Assembly (NCBI GenBank): GCA_958296135.2
Contig: CATQHZ020000001.1
Location: forward strand, 3,680,001 to 3,744,000
Length of the DNA: 64,000 nucleotides
Source of the DNA: an uncultured Poribacteria bacterium
GTDB taxonomy: Bacteria; Poribacteria; WGA-4E; WGA-3G
Direction: 5' to 3'
Shown: positions 1 through 8,184 of the stretch, piece after piece
Layout: the number at the start of each line of letters is the position of its first letter
How positions within the stretch are numbered: position 1 is the stretch's first letter
Program-made: the position numbers and the translations under genes
Notes under the pieces: generated by a model
Database searches by the model: none
What the model was told of the DNA's origin: nothing
Seen by the model: the letters and a program-made list of their open reading frames with translations, nothing else

Positions 1-400
1 GGAGGAGCGTCTGCCAGCGGAGGATCTCCAGACTTACATCGCCCAGTTGGAGAGCACCGTGGACCCGCTCCGTGAGGGGTGGAGAGAGGTGGATGTGCTT
101 TATGAAGTGGCACTTAAGGAGGGATACCCCCTTGACAGCACGATTGAGAAGGTGGCGGGCCTAGAGATGAACACGGTTTTTTGCATTACCGCGGAGTTAG
201 GACAAGATGCACGCTTGCAAAGCGCACCTACCGCAGACCGGCGGCGAATGTTCTATTTGTGTTTAGACGCGGAACTCTTGGCTGAGGATGTCGCGCGTTT
301 GGGGTTATCCAAAGAGTCAGTGTTTATTTGTCGTGATGTTGCGTTAACGGATACGCTTGCGGCGAATCTCGCGTTGCAGTGCTGCCTCAAAACGCTCTAG
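1..400 (+). CDS. 3' end of a type III Mod-like DNA methyltransferase (5'-partial)
   Basis: The frame is open from base 2. 'DVLYEVALKEGYPLDSTIE...FYLCLD...FICRDVALTDTLAANL' resembles the Mod C-terminal domain. Confidence 0.65.
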   Translation, partial: EERLPAEDLQTYIAQLESTVDPLREGWREVDVLYEVALKEGYPLDSTIEKVAGLEMNTVFCITAELGQDARLQSAPTADRRRMFYLCLDAELLAEDVARLGLSKESVFICRDVALTDTLAANLALQCCLKTL

Positions 401-409
401 TCTCCAACG

Positions 410-712
410 ATGAACAAGCAATTCCAACGACATATTGAAAACTTCACGTGCGGAAATTGTGGCGCGTTCGTTGAAGGAAACGGCTACACCAACCACTGTC
501 CTGAATGCCTCTGGAGCCGGCACGTTGATGTCAACCCCGGCGACCGGGGGGAAACCTGTCGCGGGATGATGGAGCCCATCGCAGTCCTCCAAAAGCAGGG
601 TGCTTATATCCTGAATCACCGCTGCATCAAGTGTGGGGTTGAAAAGCGGAACAAAACGTCAGCAGTTGACGATTTTGATGCCATCCTCCGAGTCGTAGCG
701 GGAGGCATCTAG
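410..712 (+). CDS. RNHCP-domain zinc-binding protein
   Basis: Motifs FTCGNCG, YTNHCPECLWSRHVD and HRCIKCG. Confidence 0.8.
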   Translation: MNKQFQRHIENFTCGNCGAFVEGNGYTNHCPECLWSRHVDVNPGDRGETCRGMMEPIAVLQKQGAYILNHRCIKCGVEKRNKTSAVDDFDAILRVVAGGI

Positions 713-1497
713 TTATCCGATGCAGACTTGCGCACGAGTGCCGCCTGTTTTGCTAGCCGTTTTGCTGCCGCTATCTGTTCCATGATTTGCGCGTTTGACC
801 AGGAGACAGCGACGAGATAGCGCGCTGCTTCGGGAGTGTTTAGCGTTTCAACGCCGAGTGCAACCTGCAGCCCGCTTGTAGCAGTATGCCTGATGCCCGC
901 ATTCACTCCGCTGCCATCAAATTCGAGGTGCAGCGCGATATCACCTCTTGCGAAAGCCGGATGGAATTCCGTGCGGATCCCTACAAACAGCCCGATACCC
1001 CGGTCTTCGGCCGCAAAACGCCCGCGGCCGATGCCGATATGGCCAGAAATAAGGTGAATCCTCGGCAGATTGAACGTCTTGCTGACAGCGAGAAATTCGG
1101 AACGTGCAGTTTGAGAAAAATCGGTTTCCGCTACCGAACGCAGGAGGTTCTCAACGCCTATCGCCACGCTGGGGATTCCGCCTGATTCCTTTAAGAGTTG
1201 CGCTTTCAGGTGCGCCAACACACCGGTAGTCTCGCTTTGGTGAGATAACCCCATCTCCACCCTATCAAACATGCCGAAGTTGAGGCGAAGCGCGACAGCG
1301 TTAATTTCCCGCGCGCGCGCAGCCTGTGCATTTTCAAACGCGATGGCCGTTCCCGCACCGAATATGCCGTGTTGAAGCACAGTGCCGGTTGGCACATCCA
1401 TCAAGCCGCTCTCGGTAAACAGTTCGCCGTTAACGGCGTTCGGCAGCATGAGGAGCGCGATTAGCATGAGCCAACATCCGCTTTTGCGAAGCATCAT
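709..1497 (-). CDS. Exported YjbH-like outer-membrane beta-barrel protein
   Basis: Signal peptide, then 'SGLMDVPTGTVL', 'PSVAIGVENL' and alternating beta-strand pattern. Confidence 0.55.
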   Translation of the reverse strand: MMLRKSGCWLMLIALLMLPNAVNGELFTESGLMDVPTGTVLQHGIFGAGTAIAFENAQAARAREINAVALRLNFGMFDRVEMGLSHQSETTGVLAHLKAQLLKESGGIPSVAIGVENLLRSVAETDFSQTARSEFLAVSKTFNLPRIHLISGHIGIGRGRFAAEDRGIGLFVGIRTEFHPAFARGDIALHLEFDGSGVNAGIRHTATSGLQVALGVETLNTPEAARYLVAVSWSNAQIMEQIAAAKRLAKQAALVRKSASDN

Positions 1498-2186
1498 GAA
1501 TTTTTCTCCATATAACGGAGACCGGCAGCAGCTCCGACGATAACCTTATCGGCGCGATTGACGAAAAGCCCGTTTTCTACCACACCGGGGATGTTGTTGA
1601 GTGCGCCTTCAACCTTCGCCGGTTCCGTAATCCCGCCAACTGGACTGAAATCACAATCGAGAATATAGTTTCCGTTATCGGTGACGAGTGGGTGCTCGTC
1701 TCCGCCGCGCAAGATAGAGTGCCCACAGAGTTGATTGACTGCTCGCTGCGTCGCCTCCCATCCGAATTGGACAATCTCCACGGGAAGCGGATAGGTAGTG
1801 CCGAGGCACCGCGCGCATTTGCTCTCATCAACGACAATCAGGATACGTTGAGAGACGTTGGCGATAATCTTTTCCCGCACTAACGCCGCACCGCCGCCTT
1901 TGATAAGGTTGAGGTGAAGATCTGCCTCGTCTGCACCGTCAATCGTCAGGTTGATTGTGGGGTGCGCTGTCAGTGTTGAAAGCGGAATACCCTGCGCCGT
2001 GGCTATTCTTTCCGTGCCTTCGGACGTAGGGATGCCGACGATGTCCAAGCCGGCTCTCACCAAAGTACCGATTTTCAGGAGAGCGTAATAGACAGTAGAA
2101 CCGGTGCCTAAGCCGACTACCATCCCGGGGCGGATTTCTTCAGTGGCTTTTTCTGCTGCGATTTTTTTGAGGTGTTGGGTGTTCAT
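1494..2186 (-). CDS. rpiA: Ribose-5-phosphate isomerase A
   Basis: Motifs GLGTGST, DGADE, IKGGGAALVREKI and IPGVVENGLF. Probable ATG at 2186. Confidence 0.97.
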   Translation of the reverse strand: MNTQHLKKIAAEKATEEIRPGMVVGLGTGSTVYYALLKIGTLVRAGLDIVGIPTSEGTERIATAQGIPLSTLTAHPTINLTIDGADEADLHLNLIKGGGAALVREKIIANVSQRILIVVDESKCARCLGTTYPLPVEIVQFGWEATQRAVNQLCGHSILRGGDEHPLVTDNGNYILDCDFSPVGGITEPAKVEGALNNIPGVVENGLFVNRADKVIVGAAAGLRYMEKNS

Positions 2187-2238
2187 AACGGAAAAAAGTG
2201 TATCAGAAATCTGTTTTGCAATCAAGGAAAATTTAAGT

Positions 2239-2267
2239 TTGACATTTTTTGCAGGTTATGATATAAT
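2239..2267 (+). promoter_or_regulatory. sigma70-type promoter
   Basis: TTGACA-17 bp-TATAAT, a perfect consensus. Confidence 0.8.
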
Positions 2268-2374
2268 GCATTGTGTCATTGCAAATCGCGTTTTTAACCA
2301 GACACAATGCCTGTCAAAACTCAAAAAAACGGCGGGTTTCAAGATTCGCCTCACTCCAATCAAAGGAACGAGAA

Positions 2375-3436
2375 ATGGATTTCAGTTTATTCTCATTTAA
2401 TGTTGTAGATATCGGGCTACTGAGCATAGGGATAGTCGCCTGGTGGCGGCAGAAAACTCGGACTAACCGAATAGAAAAAGAATTGAAAGAGTCCGAAGAG
2501 CAGCGCCAGACCGAGAAGGTAGCATACGAAACCTTTAAGGCGGAATCGGAGCAGCGGTATCGCGACCTGCAGAGCACGTCCGACCGGCGCTATACCACCC
2601 TGAAAGGAGAACATGATACCTTGAAAGGAGAACATGACATCCTGAAAGGGGAGCATGACACCCTGCAACGAGAGCATAACATTTTGCAAGGGGAGCATGA
2701 CACCCTGAAGGTCGCGCACGAAACGCTGAAGGAAGAATCGGAGAAGCGGTACCGCGACCTACAGAGCATGTCCGACCGGCGCTATACCGCCCTTCAGGAC
2801 GAAAATCGCGCGCTTCGTGAAAAGTATGACACCTTATCGGCGGAATACAGCACGTTAAAAGCGGAACACGAAACGCTGACGACAGAGCACGCCGCGCTCA
2901 AGGATGGATATGCCGCCTTAACAGCAGCACATGCCGCGCTCAAGGATGGACACGCCACCTTGACGGCAGCACATGCCGCCTTAACAGCAGCATATACCGC
3001 ACTCAAGGATGGACACGCCACCTTGACGGCAGCACATGCCGCCTTAACGGTAGAACATGCCGCGCTTAAGGATGGACATGCCGCCTTGACAGCAGCATAT
3101 ACCACGCTCAAGGACAGCCACGCCGCGCTGACCAAGCGGCAGACTGCGCTGCAGGAAGAACACGTCTCGCTGAAGGCGGAACACATCGCCTTGACGAAAA
3201 CACACGACACGCTGATGGCAGAACACCAAACCCTTCAGGCAGAAAACGAAGTCTTCCGCAAGGAGGTTTCTAGCCTTTCTGTCGTGGTAAACGTGCTTGA
3301 GAAAGACAACAAAATGCTCAGAACCAAATTGGAGAACTTGACAGGTAGGTATGAAGAGCTCCACGAGACACTGGATCCTCTCGTTAAGGCATTGATGAAG
3401 GTGCACGTCAAGGAAGAGGACACCGAGCACGAATAG
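2375..3436 (+). CDS. Membrane-anchored coiled-coil protein with His-rich heptad repeats
   Basis: N-terminal hydrophobic segment, then tandem LKGEHDT and LKDGHAT/LTAAHAA heptads. ATG at 2375 follows AAGGA. Confidence 0.8.
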   Translation: MDFSLFSFNVVDIGLLSIGIVAWWRQKTRTNRIEKELKESEEQRQTEKVAYETFKAESEQRYRDLQSTSDRRYTTLKGEHDTLKGEHDILKGEHDTLQREHNILQGEHDTLKVAHETLKEESEKRYRDLQSMSDRRYTALQDENRALREKYDTLSAEYSTLKAEHETLTTEHAALKDGYAALTAAHAALKDGHATLTAAHAALTAAYTALKDGHATLTAAHAALTVEHAALKDGHAALTAAYTTLKDSHAALTKRQTALQEEHVSLKAEHIALTKTHDTLMAEHQTLQAENEVFRKEVSSLSVVVNVLEKDNKMLRTKLENLTGRYEELHETLDPLVKALMKVHVKEEDTEHE

Positions 3437-3451
3437 GAGGGCAAACACACA

Positions 3452-4753
3452 TTGCACAAGCAGAATCGCAAAACTCTCATCGAAAAAATGGGACCGCGGA
3501 GCGTCGCCATCTTCGCCAGCGCGCCGCCCGCGATGCGCAACCACGACACGGAACACCTCTATCGCCCGGACCCGAATTTTTACTACCTCACCGGGTTTGA
3601 AGAGCCAGAAGCAATCTGCGTTCTCGCGCCGGAACACCCGAAGCATCAATACATCCTCTTCGTGCGCCCCAAAGACAAGAAGGCGGAAACCTGGAGCGGA
3701 AAGCGCATCGGTGTCAAAGACGCGCGGCGGCACTACGGCGCAGATAGAGCCTATCCCATCGATACATTCAGCGAGAAGATTGGGGAATACCTGAAAAATG
3801 CAGACACACTTTACTACGCACTCGGAGCTAACGACGAAGTTGACAGCGAAATCCTCCATCTTTTCACACGTTCGGTGAAGGGACGCATCCGCTCTGGCAA
3901 AGGGTTGGATACGCTCACGGATCCGAGTCCTATTCTCGCCGAATCGCGCCTCATCAAAAACGAGGAAGAACTGCGACGCATCCGGAAGGCGACAGAAGTC
4001 ACGGTAGCAGGACACTTGGCAGCGATGCAGGCGGTTCGCCCCGGGATGTATGAATACGAATTGGAGGCGGTCGTTGAGTCAACGTTCCGCAAGAGCGGCG
4101 CGAACGGCACAGCGTTCCCCACTATCGTCGCAAGCGGCGCGAATGCCACAACGCTCCACTACACGCCCAATAACTGCCAGATCGAAGCGGACGCGCTTGT
4201 CCTGATTGACGCGGGCGCGGAATGCGAACGTTACTGCGGCGACGTGACGCGCACCTTCCCCGCCAACGGCACGTTTACTGACGCGCAACGGGACATCTAT
4301 CAACTGGTGCTCGAGGCGCACCACGCTATTATTGACTGCATTCGTCCCGGTGTCTCGATTGACGAACCGCACCAAAAATCGATTGAGCTTTTGATGGACG
4401 GTATGCGCCGCCTCGGCCTCTTAAGGGGGAAAAAAAAGAAATTGATGAAGAAAAAGGCTTACGAAGAGTTTTACATGTATCGGGTCGGGCACATGCTCGG
4501 CTTGGATGTGCATGATGTCAATTGTGTCCACGAACCGAACGGCGACTTCAAAACCTTCCAACCGGGGATGGTAATGACAATAGAACCGGGCATCTACGTC
4601 GCGGCGGATACGAAGGGTGTCCCGCCAGCCTACCTCGGCATCGGCGTGCGCATTGAGGACGATATCCTCGTCACCGAATCGGGGTGCGAAGTTTTGACAG
4701 ACAGCGTCCCGAAGGAGATTGATGAAGTTGAGGAATTCGTGCGGGGCGCGTGA
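3452..4753 (+). CDS. pepP: Xaa-Pro aminopeptidase (M24B)
   Basis: Motifs YRPDPNFYYLTGF, LIDAG, GDVTRTFP, GHMLGLDVHD, TIEPGIY and GVRIEDD. Confidence 0.93.
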   Translation: MHKQNRKTLIEKMGPRSVAIFASAPPAMRNHDTEHLYRPDPNFYYLTGFEEPEAICVLAPEHPKHQYILFVRPKDKKAETWSGKRIGVKDARRHYGADRAYPIDTFSEKIGEYLKNADTLYYALGANDEVDSEILHLFTRSVKGRIRSGKGLDTLTDPSPILAESRLIKNEEELRRIRKATEVTVAGHLAAMQAVRPGMYEYELEAVVESTFRKSGANGTAFPTIVASGANATTLHYTPNNCQIEADALVLIDAGAECERYCGDVTRTFPANGTFTDAQRDIYQLVLEAHHAIIDCIRPGVSIDEPHQKSIELLMDGMRRLGLLRGKKKKLMKKKAYEEFYMYRVGHMLGLDVHDVNCVHEPNGDFKTFQPGMVMTIEPGIYVAADTKGVPPAYLGIGVRIEDDILVTESGCEVLTDSVPKEIDEVEEFVRGA

Positions 4754-4754
4754 T

Positions 4755-7700
4755 ATGCAACGTGAAGGAGCCCAGACGCAGGAGGTATCTCACCCTTTTA
4801 GTGCGGATGCCAATGTGGTGCGACTTGTTGCCGAAGCGCATCGGCTTCGGCACGCCTATTTGTTCAATCCGATTTTTGCGACAGAGACATCGCTAATCGA
4901 CTTGCTGCCGCATCAATTCATCGCCGTATACCGCCATCTTCTGAAACATTCTCCCCTGCGCTTCCTCTTAGCTGACGATGCCGGTGCTGGAAAAACCATC
5001 ATGACCGGGCTCTATATCCAAGAACTGCTTCTGCGGCGGCAAGCAGAACGGGTGCTGATTGTCCCGCCCGCCGGCCTCATCGGCAACTGGGAGCGCGAAC
5101 TGCGAGTCTGTTTCCGCCTCCCATTTCGCATTCTGTCCAGTGCTGACGCGACAAATACAAATCCGTTCGTCCACCCCGAAAATCGCCTCGCCATTGTCAG
5201 CCTGGATACGCTGCGGCAGGAACGGATGCAGGAACACCTCTTTGACGCGCCGCCTTACGATTTAGTCGTGTTCGACGAAGCGCATAAACTCGCCGCACGC
5301 CGAGAGACGGATGGAGCAGTAACGAAATCGAAGCGATACCAACTCGCCGAGCGGATTGCCGCGGCGGCAGGAAAGAGCCTCTTACTACTCACCGCAACGC
5401 CGCACATGGGAAAAGACGATGCTTACTATTTCCTCTGGCGGCTGCTTTTGCCCGAACACCTCGCCGCACAAAAGACGTTTGAACAAATGTCTGAGGCGAA
5501 AAAATCGCAGCACCTCCTCCGCAGGATGAAGGAGGAAATGATTAGTTTTGAGGGGAAGTTAATATATCCGACGCGGCGGAGCCAGACAATCGCCTATCCG
5601 CTTAAGACAGGAGAAATGAGCGAACAGTCGCTATACGAACAGGTCACGGCGTATTGTGAAACCTACTTTGACCTGGCAGGCCAGTACAACCGCTCTGCCG
5701 CAAAAATGGCGATGATGGTGCTGCAACGCAGGCTTGCCAGTTCAACCTTCGCGCTGTTGCAAAGCCTTATCCGACGCAAGGAAAAACTTCAGACAACGCT
5801 TCGCGAACTCCGACAGGGAGGCCTGTCCATCGAACAATTCGGAAAATCGCAAACGGAACTGCCAGATAGTGACATCCGAGATGAGAAAACGGGGGACGAG
5901 GAGGAAGCCGTGGATGGCCAGGAAGAGGCTGAACGGGTTGATGAGCGGCTGGCTGCGGCGACAACCGCGCACTCCGCCTCAGATTTGGAAGCGGAGATTC
6001 ACCACGTCCATGAACTCACCGAACTCGCGAAGACGGTTTACGCACTGAAAGCCGAAAGTAAGTTTGAGAATTTGTGGACAGCACTGAAGGAATATCCAGA
6101 TACAAAAGTCCTGATTTTCACTGAACACCGCGACACGCTCAATTTTGTTACCGGACGATTGGAGGCGTTGGGATTTACCGACAGAATCGCGCAAATCCAC
6201 GGCGGTATGAAATACCACGAACGCGAAGAACAGGTAGAATTTTTCCGCGACCCGGGCGGGGCCCAATACCTCATCGCAACCGATGCAGCTGGCGAAGGAA
6301 TCAACCTCCAATTCTGTTGGTTGATGGTAAACTACGACATTCCGTGGAACCCTGCCCGGCTCGAACAACGAATGGGACGCATCCATCGCTACAAACAAAA
6401 GCATCCCGTCGTTATGCTGAACCTCGTCGCGCAAGATACTCGTGAAGGCCGCGTCTTGAAGGTGCTGCTGGAGAAACTGGAGCAGATGCGTCAAGAACTG
6501 AGCGACGATAAAGTTTTCGATGTCATCGGACAGCAATTCAGCGACATCTCGCTATCCCAACTCATCACGCAAGCCATCACGCAGGACGAGACCGGGGCAT
6601 CCATCCAGACTATCAACACACAGTTCACGCTGGAAAATCTCAAAAATCAGCTGGACGCACGGCAAAAATCGGTCCCGGCTAGCGAAGTCAGGCGTTTATT
6701 GGCGAACGTTCAGGCGCAGCGTGAATCCGCCGAAACGTCCCGCATGATGCCCGCTTATGTACGCGGCTTTTTTGAAGATGCCGCCCCGATGCTAGGGTAC
6801 CGAACTGAGGGGAAAATCGACAGGACTTTTAAACTCGCCGCGTGCCCAACATCCGTGCAGGAAGCACTCAATACCTACTCGCCAGCCCTGCGCGCCCGGT
6901 TAACCTTCTCACGCGAACTCGCGATACCTACAGGCGTTGCGCAACCGCAGGCAATCTTTCTGCACCCGGGAGAACCAATCTTTGAAGCAATGTTAACCGA
7001 CTTCTTGGAAAAGTTTGCCACCGAAGGCGACCGGGGTGCAGTTTACACCGACCGGCAGGCAGACGAACCCTACCTCTTTTATCTCGCGAGAGTGCCTATC
7101 CTCCAAGCCGCTCACGTCATTGACGAGGGAGTTACCGGGGTGAAACGATTCGCAGACGGCCGATGCGAACCCGCACCAGCCCATCTCTTGTTGACACTCA
7201 CACCGCAGACAGAAAACGCCAAGGCTTTCTTCACTGATGCGCTGTCATTGCTTCCACTTGCAGACGAGGCGCAACCCGTTAAAACCTTCGTCACGGAACA
7301 CTTTGGCAAACCCAAGGTTGCTGCCACCCGCAAGGCACTTCAGTCTGAATTAGCAGCCAAGAAAAGCCAAATCCGAATCTCTTTTAACTTGAGGAAGGGC
7401 GAACTTCTCAAACAGCGGCGCGAGTTTCAAAAGGCTGTCGCTAACGAGATTCCAGCGGCGCAAACGAAACTGAACACCTGTGAACGCGAACTGGATGCAA
7501 TTCCGACAAAACGCAAGGCGGCAGAAGCAAAACTCACAGCGGAAATTGAGGATATCCAACCGGGCGACGTAACCCTCTACGTCCGCGCACTCGTCACACC
7601 ACCCCCAATTGACGACGCGCTGCCGACGAAGACGCTCCGAGATGCAGAGGAAATTGCACTCCAAACCGTTATCAACTATGAACGTCAGCACGGGGCCCAG

Positions 7701-8012
7701 GTGGAAGATGTCTCCAATCCGCACCTCAAAAACGGGTTCGACCTCCTCTCCAAACATCCCAGCGGCGAAATCCGTTACATTGAGGTGAAAGGCCGCACCG
7801 GCGTGGCAAGTGTCGAATTAACCGCAAACGAATGGCTACAGGCGATAAATCACAGATGCCGATACTGGCTCTACACCGTCTATCATTGCGACACCAACCC
7901 GCAGCTCTACCGATGCCAAGACCCGGCTGCAAAACTCATCGCCAAATCCAAGATGAGCGTCACAATCAACGCCAGCGACATCCTGCAAAAATCAGAACCG
8001 CTCCCCTTGTAG
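4755..8012 (+). CDS. SNF2-family helicase with C-terminal DUF3883-like nuclease domain
   Basis: Motifs LLADDAGAGKT, DEAH, LTATPH, TDAAGEGINLQ and WNPARLEQRMGRIHR. C-terminal GFDLLS...YIEVKGR. Confidence 0.9.
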   Translation: MQREGAQTQEVSHPFSADANVVRLVAEAHRLRHAYLFNPIFATETSLIDLLPHQFIAVYRHLLKHSPLRFLLADDAGAGKTIMTGLYIQELLLRRQAERVLIVPPAGLIGNWERELRVCFRLPFRILSSADATNTNPFVHPENRLAIVSLDTLRQERMQEHLFDAPPYDLVVFDEAHKLAARRETDGAVTKSKRYQLAERIAAAAGKSLLLLTATPHMGKDDAYYFLWRLLLPEHLAAQKTFEQMSEAKKSQHLLRRMKEEMISFEGKLIYPTRRSQTIAYPLKTGEMSEQSLYEQVTAYCETYFDLAGQYNRSAAKMAMMVLQRRLASSTFALLQSLIRRKEKLQTTLRELRQGGLSIEQFGKSQTELPDSDIRDEKTGDEEEAVDGQEEAERVDERLAAATTAHSASDLEAEIHHVHELTELAKTVYALKAESKFENLWTALKEYPDTKVLIFTEHRDTLNFVTGRLEALGFTDRIAQIHGGMKYHEREEQVEFFRDPGGAQYLIATDAAGEGINLQFCWLMVNYDIPWNPARLEQRMGRIHRYKQKHPVVMLNLVAQDTREGRVLKVLLEKLEQMRQELSDDKVFDVIGQQFSDISLSQLITQAITQDETGASIQTINTQFTLENLKNQLDARQKSVPASEVRRLLANVQAQRESAETSRMMPAYVRGFFEDAAPMLGYRTEGKIDRTFKLAACPTSVQEALNTYSPALRARLTFSRELAIPTGVAQPQAIFLHPGEPIFEAMLTDFLEKFATEGDRGAVYTDRQADEPYLFYLARVPILQAAHVIDEGVTGVKRFADGRCEPAPAHLLLTLTPQTENAKAFFTDALSLLPLADEAQPVKTFVTEHFGKPKVAATRKALQSELAAKKSQIRISFNLRKGELLKQRREFQKAVANEIPAAQTKLNTCERELDAIPTKRKAAEAKLTAEIEDIQPGDVTLYVRALVTPPPIDDALPTKTLRDAEEIALQTVINYERQHGAQVEDVSNPHLKNGFDLLSKHPSGEIRYIEVKGRTGVASVELTANEWLQAINHRCRYWLYTVYHCDTNPQLYRCQDPAAKLIAKSKMSVTINASDILQKSEPLPL

Positions 8013-8108
8013 GAGAGACCTCGGGTCCCGCCTACCATCCCGCCTGTAGGAGAGACCTCCCGCGTCTCGATTCCCCTTCCCCTGTAGGCGAAACCTCCCG
8101 CGTCTCAA
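8009..8108 (+). repeat. REP cluster, family A (GTAGGAGAGACCTCCCGCGTCTCGAT-like), three copies
   Basis: GTAG followed by an imperfect palindrome at 8009, 8046 and 8084. Confidence 0.8.
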
Positions 8109-8184
8109 CTCCCTCCTTTGTAACCATTCCGTGAACGGAACGTTTTATACAAAAACACAAAACCAAAGGAAACAAACTAACATC

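Noticed and set aside
2794-4015. Long antisense ORFs (2794-3210, 3044-4015; likewise 17490-18494 and 58163-59251)
   Set aside because: They are shadow frames opposite well-supported genes and show no motifs.
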